The position numbers and the translations under genes were made by a program. 64,000 nt of DNA from Planctomycetota bacterium (GTDB taxonomy: Bacteria > Planctomycetota > PLA2 > JAEUHO01): contig JBFWRP010000002.1 of the NCBI GenBank assembly GCA_050248855.1, positions 1 to 64,000 on the forward strand, written 5' to 3'. Numbering within the stretch: position 1 is the stretch's first letter; every line of letters begins with the position of its first letter. The notes beneath the pieces are model-generated. The model saw nothing but the letters and a program-made list of their open reading frames with translations, was not told the origin of the DNA and ran no database searches. Shown piece after piece: positions 40,800 through 49,857 of the stretch.

Positions 40800-40845
40800 G
40801 CCGCCAGCGTAGTCCTGTACGACCCCACTCCCCTCACCCCCGCGT

Positions 40846-41010
40846 TCACCACGCCGACCTCTCAGCAGCCCTCCACTTCCGCTCGACCAGCATCTCCCAC
40901 TCCGGGTGGATCTGCTGGGTCAGTTCGAGGTCGCTGTGCCGGGCTAGGCGCTGCACTTTCTGGAGGCGGCTACCGCCGTCCATCCAGAAGTCCCACACCT
41001 GCCCTCGCAC
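40846..41010 (-). pseudogene. Possible tyrosine-recombinase C-terminal remnant
   Basis: Manual translation gives ...KVQRLARHSDLELTQQIH..., resembling box II (VQxLxxHxxxxxTxxY) but lacking the catalytic Tyr. Confidence 0.4.
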
Positions 41011-41799
41011 CTAGCAATCGGCCAGGTCCACCACGCATGGCAAACGCCGCGGCAATTCAACGGTCCCCATGAGCCGCTGGAGCCCGGCGCGCAGGCGTCC
41101 CGAAGCGGGAGCCGCTCCTCGGCCCTTGGTCCCACCGTGCCCGTCTTCGACTCGCAACACTAGGCCGTCCACCTGCGCCTCGACCTTGGCGCGGACGATC
41201 GTGGCGCCGCCACAAGGGTGCGCGTCACCGTTGGCGCCCACCAGCAGGATCACCTCGTCGAAGCCCATACGCATGAGCGAGTTACCGAGGGCCTCGGGCG
41301 GAGCGTCCTCGCAGGGCAGGCAGAACTGCACGGCCGCAATGGTTCGCAAGTCCGGCACGAGGAGTCCACGGGCCAACGCCAGGTCCGTTGCCATGCGCTT
41401 CCGGATGCGCCCGTGGTCTCGCCGTGGGTAGTGCCACCTCGCCCGCCGTTGAACCTCAGCAAGGTCGGGCTCGTGCCTAGCGACGAGTGGCCCAGAGACA
41501 GCGTCGATGCTGGTCGGGCGATCGCCATGTCGCAGCACGCCGAGGGCGTCAGCGGGGACGTTGATCGCGGCCCACGACATCGCATCTAGACAGAGCATGG
41601 CCTGGAGGTCGCCGGGAAGGCCGCGTGTCCCGAAGATGTCGGCGATGAAGTTGGCGCGGCTGGAGGGAGACAATCGGTCGAGGCTACGCCGGACCGGGCG
41701 CCGTCCAAGGGCTATACGGGCTTCGACCCCTTGCGTCGTCGCGCCGTCTTTCTCTTTATGCGCCGCCGGGCGGCTGACAGCGCTACCTCCCTGAGCCAC
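41011..41799 (-). CDS. Hypothetical protein
   Basis: 262-aa ORF with no recognised motif; start uncertain. Confidence 0.4.
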   Translation of the reverse strand: MAQGGSAVSRPAAHKEKDGATTQGVEARIALGRRPVRRSLDRLSPSSRANFIADIFGTRGLPGDLQAMLCLDAMSWAAINVPADALGVLRHGDRPTSIDAVSGPLVARHEPDLAEVQRRARWHYPRRDHGRIRKRMATDLALARGLLVPDLRTIAAVQFCLPCEDAPPEALGNSLMRMGFDEVILLVGANGDAHPCGGATIVRAKVEAQVDGLVLRVEDGHGGTKGRGAAPASGRLRAGLQRLMGTVELPRRLPCVVDLADC

Positions 41800-41936
41800 T
41801 CAGCCATGGTCGTCCCGGATGCTTCCGCAGCAGCCTGGATCTCGGCCTTCTCCGTGGGGCGGACCCTCGCGGTGATGCGCTCGCTCAGTGCTTCACCCTC
41901 CGGGTGCGGAGGCCGCCCCATGCCCCTGGCAGCCAT
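41712..41936 (-). CDS. Ribbon-helix-helix DNA-binding protein
   Basis: GRPP...SERITARVRPTEKAEIQAAAEASGTTMAEWLREVAL. Confidence 0.75.
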   Translation of the reverse strand: MAARGMGRPPHPEGEALSERITARVRPTEKAEIQAAAEASGTTMAEWLREVALSAARRRIKRKTARRRKGSKPV

Positions 41937-41978
41937 CACGCCCTCCGTCCGAGGGCGCCAAGGGCGGCAGTGGTAACA

Positions 41979-41993
41979 TATTGGTATCCAATA
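41979..41993. promoter_or_regulatory. AT-rich inverted repeat, candidate operator between divergent genes
   Basis: tattgg-tat-ccaata about 45 bp upstream of the RHH gene. Confidence 0.4.
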
Positions 41994-42114
41994 AGTCGAG
42001 GCCAGCCGCCAGGACCGAGCGTCCTGGTGAGTGATCTGACCTGTCTCGTGATGCCCGAGAAGGTATCTGAGGCTAGGCCAGGCCGCTACGGGCGGCTGGC
42101 TGGGGAGGGGAGTA

Positions 42115-42885
42115 GTGGAACCGCAGTACTACATCCGGCAGGGGGGCGGACGGCCGCAGGGGCCGTTCCCGTGGAGCAAGATCCTGGGCTACGCCGCGGC
42201 AGGCCGAGTGAGGGCCGACATGGAGTTCTCCGAGGACGGGCAGTCCTGGTGGAGGGGGGAGGACTGGCCCGCGTTGTTCCCGCGGGAGGCGGTGACAGCG
42301 CCATCGCCGGTCCCCACAGCGTCGGCTCCACGCAGGGCTAGTCGGGCGCGTGGCGCGTCACCAAGCCGACGCCCTCGTCGTCAGCCAAAGCGGTCTGGCA
42401 GTGGTTCGCTCGCGCCCGTGGCCATTGGCATCGTCGCAGTCATCGGAATCGCTGTGGCCCTGTCCAGGAGCGGTGCAGACGAACGGCAGGCGGTGGAGAG
42501 GATCCGGTCGTCGCCGTTCGTGCCGAGGAACGACACCCCCTCTTCGCGCCCGGAGCCGCGTGCAGCAGCGTCGCCCCCACTTCGGGAGCGGGCGGGCAGC
42601 GGCTCGACGCGCACCGAGGCGGCTGCGCGGCCCACCAGGGCCGCTCTGCGAGCCAAGATGATCGGGCTGCTTGGTGGCATCCCACAGGGGATCGTGGGTA
42701 GTTTCGGCGACAACGGCAAGCAGATGTGGATCGCCGAGATCGGCAAGCCCGATCGCACGCAGTCGATCGGAGGATCCTACTTCTGGTACTACGCCTGCTC
42801 AGACGGCACGATCCAGGTTGTGATCTCGGGCGCGCTCGATCAGGGTGACGACCTGTTCGCGGTGGAGGGGATCAATGACTATTGA
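42115..42885 (+). CDS. GYF_2 (DUF4339) domain membrane protein
   Basis: YYIRQGGGRPQGPF...AGRV...EDGQSWW followed by a TM helix (PVAIGIVAVIGIAVAL). Confidence 0.75.
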   Translation: MEPQYYIRQGGGRPQGPFPWSKILGYAAAGRVRADMEFSEDGQSWWRGEDWPALFPREAVTAPSPVPTASAPRRASRARGASPSRRPRRQPKRSGSGSLAPVAIGIVAVIGIAVALSRSGADERQAVERIRSSPFVPRNDTPSSRPEPRAAASPPLRERAGSGSTRTEAAARPTRAALRAKMIGLLGGIPQGIVGSFGDNGKQMWIAEIGKPDRTQSIGGSYFWYYACSDGTIQVVISGALDQGDDLFAVEGINDY

Positions 42886-42903
42886 CCCGCGAGGAGGCAC
42901 GCG

Positions 42904-43014
42904 ATGAAGGTGGCTCGCTTCGTCCTCTCCCCCCTCCGCTGGCTGGGCAAGGGCATCCTCCACCTCATTGTCGGCACGCTGCTGCTCGGCATCATCGGCG
43001 GAGGCGACGGCTAG
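42904..43014 (+). CDS. 36-aa hydrophobic peptide (not in the ORF track)
   Basis: RBS gaggagg at 42891-42897; MKVARFVLSPLRWLGKGILHLIVGTLLLGIIGGGDG*. Confidence 0.55.
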   Translation: MKVARFVLSPLRWLGKGILHLIVGTLLLGIIGGGDG

Positions 43015-43484
43015 ACGTACTCGCGCTTCATGCGCGCCCGCTCAAGTCGCCACCGTGGGCCGGAGCAAAGGCCGCATCGAGGACGACCGCAGTCCAACGG
43101 ACTGTGCCTCCGCCAGCGGCCCATGGCCACCCCGTCCGGCCTCGCCCCGAGCCCCCAGTCGAGCGCACGGGCCTGGCGTACGCGGCGCTGCACGACGCGA
43201 GCGGTGCGGTGGCGGCGGTCGGCGCGGGTCATGGGGGAGATAGTAGACCGAGTCGGCAGCGGGCGTCGGGACCTCGGACCTGCTCGCCACGGGGTCCGCG
43301 GTGCATTAGGATCCTCCCGCGAGTCCGCCGGTTGCTCGATAGCGTCAAACCTCCTTCTCATTCCACACATTTCCCCTTTTCTCCAAGAGGTTCCCGGCGG
43401 GCTCGTTTCGATTGCTTCACGGGCGCGGGCCGTCGGAGGCACCGGCGATACTCGATGCGCCGATCCACGGCACCGGAGAACCTT

Positions 43485-44297
43485 ATGGGCCTCGTAGGGG
43501 GTTCGGGCCAGCCGCCCGCCACGTCGTACATGTTCATCGACGGTGCCTACCTCACGAAAGTCCGAGAAGAGGTTGCGCGTGACGTGCTTCGCGTCCCCGA
43601 GATCCCGTTGGAGCCGAAGACGCTGACGGGCGCGGATCGAGTGCTCTACTACGACTGTCTTCCGGGACGCGAGAAGGAGGGACCGGAAGCGGACTACTTG
43701 GAACGAACACGGGCACCTCGCGCATGGCTTGAACGGATGGCACTGCAAGACAAGGTGCATGTCGTCGAGGGCGTCGTTGCGGGAGCGGGAAGACGTGCGC
43801 GGCAGAAGCAGGTGGACGTTCAGATCGCCGTGGACGCTCTGATGCACGCGTTCCGCCGCAATCTGGGCTCGGCAACCCTCTTGACCGGCGACCAGGACTT
43901 CGTGCCTCTCGCACTCGCTCTCGTGGCACTCGGTGTCGAGGTGAAGGTCTGGTGCCACCGTCGCTCAGCCAGTCGCGATCTGCTGCGGGTGGCGGATGTG
44001 CGCCTAGACCTCACGTCACATCAACTGGTGAGCATGGCCCCCCACGCATGGCGGGAGTCGATTGCCTTTCCCAGGATCTGGCAGCAGCAGGGGCCGTACG
44101 AAGGAGATGTACGGCAGAGGGGATGTGGACCTGATGGGCAGGATGTGTTCTTCCTGAAGACGGACAAGGGATTCACCATCGTCCATCCGGATCCGTTGAA
44201 CTGGGGCGGTTGGATGCACGCGGAGTCCACGGACGAGGCGCTGCTGCGCCGGGTACATGAGGACGTGTACTTCCATACGCGATGGGCCTCCGCATGA
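43485..44297 (+). CDS. NYN/LabA (DUF88, PIN-fold) nuclease with C-terminal extension
   Basis: YMFIDGAYL, LYYD, QKQVDVQIAVD and LLTGDQDFVPL; start could be 43455 or 43485. Confidence 0.85.
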   Translation: MGLVGGSGQPPATSYMFIDGAYLTKVREEVARDVLRVPEIPLEPKTLTGADRVLYYDCLPGREKEGPEADYLERTRAPRAWLERMALQDKVHVVEGVVAGAGRRARQKQVDVQIAVDALMHAFRRNLGSATLLTGDQDFVPLALALVALGVEVKVWCHRRSASRDLLRVADVRLDLTSHQLVSMAPHAWRESIAFPRIWQQQGPYEGDVRQRGCGPDGQDVFFLKTDKGFTIVHPDPLNWGGWMHAESTDEALLRRVHEDVYFHTRWASA

Positions 44298-44926
44298 ATG
44301 CCGCCGACGCCCGGGTCCTTTCTGCGCAGGAGGTGGCGAGTGGGTTGGCGGTCCTTGAGGCGGCCGGGTTTGACCCCTCAAAGCCTGTCATCGAGCAGAT
44401 CGTCGAGATTCCTAAACGGATCATGATCCATGTCTACCAAGAGCCTGTACGCGACAAGCACGAGGTCGCAGAACGCGTCAAGCGGGCTAGGCCCGTCGAA
44501 CTCTCGCGCTACATCGTCTCCGATCGTCGTCTGGACTTGTGCAGAGAACCAGCGCTGTGCCAGGAGTTCGCGGAGGTGTGCGGCGCACTGGCTCGCATTG
44601 CACTCGACCATGTGGGAGAGGCTGGACGCGTGCTCGTGATTAGGGATACTCACCCCTTGTGCGTCTATAGTTCGTACGATGGCACGTGGTCCCACTGGTT
44701 CAACGCGTACATGACGGATGCCACATGCACGTACTTCGATTCATCGATCTACAAAAAGTGGAATAGACGCGTCTGCAAGGAGCCCCGCCGCGCCGACTTG
44801 ATGGTACCTCCGCCTGGAGCCACCGAGCAGTGGCTATCCCCGGCATACGTTCCTGGTCCCAATGGCGCGGATCCGGGCAACCCCAATCACTGGCACGAGA
44901 TTGTGGCGGCGTCGGCCCTCGCCTAA
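44294..44926 (+). CDS. Transglutaminase-like (Cys-His-Asp) protein
   Basis: LCQEFAEVCGALAR...RVLV...SHWFNAY...YFDSS; ATGA overlap with the NYN gene. Confidence 0.55.
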   Translation: MNAADARVLSAQEVASGLAVLEAAGFDPSKPVIEQIVEIPKRIMIHVYQEPVRDKHEVAERVKRARPVELSRYIVSDRRLDLCREPALCQEFAEVCGALARIALDHVGEAGRVLVIRDTHPLCVYSSYDGTWSHWFNAYMTDATCTYFDSSIYKKWNRRVCKEPRRADLMVPPPGATEQWLSPAYVPGPNGADPGNPNHWHEIVAASALA

Positions 44927-45035
44927 AGGTGCGGCGTGTCCGTCACTGCCTCTGGGAATGGCCTGCCGGGTCCCCTATGCTGCGCGGCCCGTTGCCGCCA
45001 AGCCAACGAAGGGCGATTGCAGATCGCCAAGAATC

Positions 45036-45602
45036 TCACGACCTGCCTGCGACCAAGTCTTCTGCCTCTTCAGGCGTCATGCGCCATGCGGCAATGAGCA
45101 GGAACGCCCCGAACATTCCAGGGACGATGTAGAGCAACCATGCCAGCCAGGGCCGAGGAGACGCCTCTTCGAAGTCGCGAGTCTCCCGCTCATATGTGTG
45201 GCGAGCGTCGATCACAGCCAGGCGCGCCCTTGCCAATCTCTCCTGCGCATGCGCCACGGGCAACCAGGCGCGATCTCGCGGGGTCGCGCTCGGCAGACGT
45301 GGAGAGTCGTCCCAGATGTAGACGTGCTCAAGCGCTCTCGCCCGTTGAGTAGAGTGAGAGTTCCACCAGATCGCGAAGTAGCAGGATGCTGCAATGGTTA
45401 GGCCGCCAAGGGCAAGTACGACCCTGAATCTCCCATCAGCGTAGAAGTACGCGGTAGCGCCAACCAGGAGCATGCCGCCCCAAACGGGGGCAGAGGCCCA
45501 TAACTTCCACGCATCAGCCTCGCCCTCGGTCGCTGCCAGTGGAAGAGCAAGGACGACGGCGGCTAGCCACGCGTAGCAGGACATGCCAAAGAGAAATCGC
45601 AT
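45036..45602 (-). CDS. Multi-pass membrane protein
   Basis: Four hydrophobic segments starting from MRFLFG. Confidence 0.55.
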   Translation of the reverse strand: MRFLFGMSCYAWLAAVVLALPLAATEGEADAWKLWASAPVWGGMLLVGATAYFYADGRFRVVLALGGLTIAASCYFAIWWNSHSTQRARALEHVYIWDDSPRLPSATPRDRAWLPVAHAQERLARARLAVIDARHTYERETRDFEEASPRPWLAWLLYIVPGMFGAFLLIAAWRMTPEEAEDLVAGRS

Positions 45603-45702
45603 TTCGTTCTCCACCTGTTCTGCGGTGAGATGTTCGCAGGCTCTTGGTCGTCCTCTCCATGAGGGTGTGCATGACGCAGAGCCTTCCCAGGAGCCTGGAA
45701 CG

Positions 45703-46404
45703 TCAGGTGCGTCGCCAGCGCCGAGGTCCATCTCCACGCCAAAACGGAGATCGCTCTGGAGGCCTGATGTCCGTGACCTCCCGGTCCCATGCACCCACCG
45801 GCGGCATCGACTGGTCGTGAACTGTAAGGGCTGCGACGGCAGCGAGGGCCACGTTGGCCCCGCGGGACCGAAGACGCGCAGCGCACGCTTGGAGATGCCC
45901 ACCCGTTGTCATCACATCGTCCACAAGGATGCACGGGCGGGTGGGAGAGGCAGCCGCCGTACAAGTCAGCGCTTGGTACAGGATGCGTGCGTCTCGTGTG
46001 CCACCGCCCCTCTGTGCTGACTTCATGGAATCTGTGAATCGGAGGATGTCGGCTACCTTTACCTCGCGCCGCAAGCGTCCGGCGAGCGCGGTAGCCATCG
46101 CCAGGGTTGTGGGCGCGGTGCCCGACGCGGTTGTAGTGCTGCTGTTCGGGATCGGAATGAGCAGGACCATGCCCGGCGGGGCCGCTCGTTCGACACCGTC
46201 GGCGACGAGGCTCGCCCAGATGCTCGGGGCAGTTGAAGCCGCATCCGGGGCGATCCGCCTTGGCCCATCGGGCGTGAGTATGGTCCCCTGGGCCTTGAAG
46301 GGCTGCTGCTTCAGGGCCTTCACGAGGGCGTATGCTGTGTAGTCGCCCTCACGCCATGCCAGTCCCGGCTGCGAAAGGTAGGTAGCCACTCCATACACGC
46401 GCAT
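45703..46404 (-). CDS. Type I phosphoribosyltransferase (ComF/ShosT-like PRTase)
   Basis: LIPIPNSS and the PRPP-binding loop CILVDDVMTTGGHLQAC. Confidence 0.85.
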   Translation of the reverse strand: MRVYGVATYLSQPGLAWREGDYTAYALVKALKQQPFKAQGTILTPDGPRRIAPDAASTAPSIWASLVADGVERAAPPGMVLLIPIPNSSTTTASGTAPTTLAMATALAGRLRREVKVADILRFTDSMKSAQRGGGTRDARILYQALTCTAAASPTRPCILVDDVMTTGGHLQACAARLRSRGANVALAAVAALTVHDQSMPPVGAWDREVTDIRPPERSPFWRGDGPRRWRRT

Positions 46405-46626
46405 GGATACCCCCGGTACGTTGGATCGTTGAGGGGCAGGTTCGCCCGATGGCCGCCCGTCTGGCCCTCATGCCCAGCGAGACAGCCTGCCTCATCCCGG
46501 CGCGGACGACAAGTGCGAAGGGCTGGCTCCGCGAGCCGTTGGGGGCGCCGGGCTCCTCCCCACGGAGCCTTGCGCGGCTCCGAGCCCGGCGGGCTATCCT
46601 CGTTGGACACCCTGGCGGATCTCGTC

Positions 46627-46956
46627 ATGGCAGGGGTGGAGAGCACGGTCATGCACGGATTCCAAGTCTCGTCCGCCGGAACTCCAGACTGGGCAGCCTT
46701 GCTGCGCGGCGTTGACGCCGAGGCGGTTTCGCTCGACATGCCGATCACACTGGCGAGCCATGAGGCGGATCCGATCAATGGAGAGGGTGCGTGGTTGGCC
46801 GTGCTGCGAGGCCGCGTCGGAGGAGCCCCTGCGCTGCTACTCTTGCAGTACCACGACGACGACCGAGACTGCGTCCCGCTGCGCTTGTCCGAACTCGTTC
46901 GCACGGATGATGGGTTGCTTTACGTGCGACAGTTGTGGGAGTTTCGCCCCGAGTGA
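46627..46956 (+). CDS. Hypothetical protein
   Basis: Protein-like 3' part of ORF 46429-46956. Confidence 0.45.
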   Translation: MAGVESTVMHGFQVSSAGTPDWAALLRGVDAEAVSLDMPITLASHEADPINGEGAWLAVLRGRVGGAPALLLLQYHDDDRDCVPLRLSELVRTDDGLLYVRQLWEFRPE

Positions 46957-47007
46957 TCAATGTGAGGTGTAAGGCGCACGTGCAATCTCGGCGACGGTTG
47001 CCGAACC

Positions 47008-48009
47008 TTGGCGGTGGAGAGCGAGATGTTGTCGGCAACTGCGCGTAAGTGGCTGACCCTGCTCTCGCTTCCAGGCGTGGGCCGCAAGACGGCGCAGTCC
47101 TTCCACGAATGGGAGAGCATATCGTGTCCGATGCCCGCGCCTGAGTTGGGCATGGAGGACCTTGAGGTTGCCCTGCGTTCGGCCGTACGGTTGAGACGGC
47201 GCCCGTCGCCTGAGGATCTGAAGGAGGCCGTCGCCCACGCTGACCAGGTGCTTGAGGAGTGTACGCGGCTGGAGTTGGCGCTCCTCTGTATCGATGATAC
47301 GTCCTTCCCAGCCTCACTACGAGCCATCCCGGATCCCCCGATCACACTCTTCGTCCGCGGCAGTCTGCGTGGCTTCTCTGGCAAGCCGCGTGTTGCGTTG
47401 ATCGGCACACGGGAGCCATCCGAGTTTGCTGCTAGGTGCTCACGGCGGCTTGGTGCCTTGTTGGCCGAGGGTTCGATCCCCGTGGTCAGCGGGCTGGCGA
47501 AGGGCTGCGATACTGAGGCCCACCGAGGCTGCATCGAGCACGGAGGCACAGCGCTTGCGGTCATGGCCCATGGCCTCGATGCTGTGTATCCTGCGGCGAA
47601 CAGGTCGCTCGCAGATGCCATCGTAGACTGCGGAGGCTGCTTAGTGAGCGAGTACGCCCCAGGCGTGAGAGCCCAGCGGAGTTACTTCGTCGAGCGTGAC
47701 CGCATCCAGAGTGGTCTCAGCGATGCCGTTATCGTCATGGAGACAAGCCTGACAGGTGGCAGCATGCACACGGTGCGCTTTGCCGAGCAGCAGGGTCGCC
47801 TCGTCGGTTGCGTGCCGCCCAGGCCTGAGCAAGGGAACAATGCGTCCGTCGCCGGGGGCGCCGAACTCCTCAAGTCCTCTCGCGCCGAGGCCATCGCGGA
47901 TCAAGACAGCCTGGCACGCTTCCTCGGTCGCCTGCGAGGGGGTCTGAGCCCCTCTGAAGGTGTTCCTCGCTCGGTGCAGGGGAGCCTGTTTGACGAGCAC
48001 GTGGAGTGA
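47008..48009 (+). CDS. dprA: DprA/Smf-like protein (ShosA-like)
   Basis: FPASLRAIPDPPITLFVRG, ALIGTREPS, VVSGLAKGCDTEAH, FVERDRIQSGLS and GGSMHT. Confidence 0.88.
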   Translation: MAVESEMLSATARKWLTLLSLPGVGRKTAQSFHEWESISCPMPAPELGMEDLEVALRSAVRLRRRPSPEDLKEAVAHADQVLEECTRLELALLCIDDTSFPASLRAIPDPPITLFVRGSLRGFSGKPRVALIGTREPSEFAARCSRRLGALLAEGSIPVVSGLAKGCDTEAHRGCIEHGGTALAVMAHGLDAVYPAANRSLADAIVDCGGCLVSEYAPGVRAQRSYFVERDRIQSGLSDAVIVMETSLTGGSMHTVRFAEQQGRLVGCVPPRPEQGNNASVAGGAELLKSSRAEAIADQDSLARFLGRLRGGLSPSEGVPRSVQGSLFDEHVE

Positions 48010-48521
48010 ACATCGAGGCGGTGATCTTCGACGTAGATCAGACGCTCGTGGACTCCACGTCCGCCGCCGCGGCGCGTCAGCGACGGGACTGGCCAAGCGT
48101 GTACCGACAGATCCACCGCGTCGCAGTGTTTGCTGGCATGGTTGACCTGTGGGAGCGCCTCCGTGGCGAAGGAGCGTTGCTGGCCGTCGTGACGAACAGC
48201 CCGCGACCCTACTGCGAGCGGGTCCTGCGCCATGCGGGCTTGCGACCTGACCAGTCCGTCTGCTGGCACGATACACGGGCACACAAGCCTGACGCTGAGC
48301 CGATGCGCTTGGTGCTCGCACGCCTGGGCCTTTCAGCCTCCTCGTGCATCTCCGTGGGCGATTCGGTAGACGATGTGCGTTCGTCGCTTGCCGCAGGCAT
48401 TCCCGCCATTGCCGCGACATGGGGGGGAGGAGATGGGGCGGCGATGCTTGCCGCGGGCGCCTCAGGGGTCACGAATCGCGTGGAAGAGTTGGCTACACTG
48501 CTGCTGGATCCTGGTTCGTAG
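48006..48521 (+). CDS. HAD-superfamily phosphatase
   Basis: IFDVDQTLVDS, VVTNS, HKPDAEP and VGDSVDD; GTGA overlap with dprA. Confidence 0.9.
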   Translation: MNIEAVIFDVDQTLVDSTSAAAARQRRDWPSVYRQIHRVAVFAGMVDLWERLRGEGALLAVVTNSPRPYCERVLRHAGLRPDQSVCWHDTRAHKPDAEPMRLVLARLGLSASSCISVGDSVDDVRSSLAAGIPAIAATWGGGDGAAMLAAGASGVTNRVEELATLLLDPGS

Positions 48522-48533
48522 GTGGCCTAGAGC

Positions 48534-48989
48534 GTGCAGGATCTCGGAATCCCCTTCCGGAGGCGCTACGACGAGGCAGTAACCGCCCTTGACAAGGCGC
48601 GGGGAAGGCTGGTCGGCATAGAGCAGGCGGCGCTCACGCTCTGTCTTTGCTTTGAGATGATCGTTAGTCGCATTCGCTGGCTTCTAAGCAACGTGCCCGG
48701 AGCGATTCTCCGGACGGACGGCGTCGATGAACTCCTCGCTTGTGCCGAATCCAAGGGGCTTATCACGCACGCGGGTCGCTGCGATCTGGATGAGGCGCGA
48801 CGGCTGCGCAACAACGTCATCCATCGGTACGGGGAGCAACCGACGTGGGCGATCGCATTCGACTCTCCTGAGGCGCAGAACCGAAGGGAGGTCGTTGAAT
48901 TGGTCGAGGATAACGTCGAGGTGCTACGGGCATGCATCAGGAACCATGGCCCGCGCCTGTTCGAGAAGGCTGAGGTGATGGATGTCTGA
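48534..48989 (+). CDS. Putative HEPN-domain RNase
   Basis: FEMIV...LLACAESKGLI...ARRLRNNVIHRY (Rx4H). Confidence 0.62.
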   Translation: MQDLGIPFRRRYDEAVTALDKARGRLVGIEQAALTLCLCFEMIVSRIRWLLSNVPGAILRTDGVDELLACAESKGLITHAGRCDLDEARRLRNNVIHRYGEQPTWAIAFDSPEAQNRREVVELVEDNVEVLRACIRNHGPRLFEKAEVMDV

Positions 48990-49710
48990 TCCCGCCCTGC
49001 GGTTCATGTCGGACTTGCCGTCGCGGGAACTCTTGCCTCTCGCACGGATCATCGGCTTGGTTCCCGATCACGTCTTGGTACGTGAGGATGCCCACGCCTG
49101 GCACCCCCCCGTGGCCTCCCAAGTGCAATCTGCGGTCCTACGCATGGGCCAGGGACGATTCTCGTCTACGGCGCCGACGTATAGGGAGATCGTCCTGGCA
49201 GCGGCCGTCCCTCTCAAGATCCCCGGCGCGGCGGATCTTCCCACCCCCGAGATCGAGCAGGCCATTGTTCGCCAACTCCTGCGCCGCCTTGACGAGCGCC
49301 TAACCCTTGAAGAGAAGGAGAATCTGGCCATCGCCCTTGAGCAGAAGTTCGGCTCAGAGGTGCGAGGGCTGAGGACCGCAATTGTCGGGGGCGGGGGTCT
49401 GCTCGCGGCCAATGCCGCGGGCTTCTCCCTCTACATCGGCGCTTCAACTCTCGTGGGGGCCATCACGGGGGCTCTTGGAATCACCTTGCCCTTTGCCTTC
49501 TATACCACGTTGTCCTCCATCCTGAGCGTGGCTATCGGCCCTCTCGGATGGGTGGCGCTGGGTGCCGTTGTCCTCTACAAGATCGGCAAGCCACCGTACA
49601 AGACCATGCTGGCCACTGTCATGGAGGTCACGCGGCTACGAGAGATGCACAGTGCGGGGGGCACTTCGTCTTCCGATGGGTCTGAGCCTCGTGTGGGGGA
49701 CTCGCAGTAG
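48982..49710 (+). CDS. YaaW-like membrane-associated protein
   Basis: YREIV, IEQAIVRQLL and a glycine-rich hydrophobic hairpin GFSLYIGAST...GITLPFAFYTTLSSILSVAIGPLGW. Confidence 0.6.
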   Translation: MSDPALRFMSDLPSRELLPLARIIGLVPDHVLVREDAHAWHPPVASQVQSAVLRMGQGRFSSTAPTYREIVLAAAVPLKIPGAADLPTPEIEQAIVRQLLRRLDERLTLEEKENLAIALEQKFGSEVRGLRTAIVGGGGLLAANAAGFSLYIGASTLVGAITGALGITLPFAFYTTLSSILSVAIGPLGWVALGAVVLYKIGKPPYKTMLATVMEVTRLREMHSAGGTSSSDGSEPRVGDSQ

Positions 49711-49857
49711 GAGGCGGACGATGCGTTTCGTCATTGAACGCTGCCATCCCCTGGCGTTGGGTGGCCGAAGGACTTCCGGCGGCCAATCGCCGCAGCCTGA
49801 ACGTCCATCGTGGTGCGGTGTCCGTCGTCCTCGCGGTGGGACCAACGCCTTCGGTGG

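Noticed and set aside
42882..43454. N-terminal 190 aa of the 471-aa ORF upstream of the NYN domain
   Set aside because: Low-complexity sequence that overlaps the small peptide gene; most likely an ORF-caller extension.
47008..48009. dprA with the ComF-like PRTase as a natural-competence locus
   Set aside because: No other competence genes are present. The island context and coupling to a HAD phosphatase fit a ShosTA-like defence module better.
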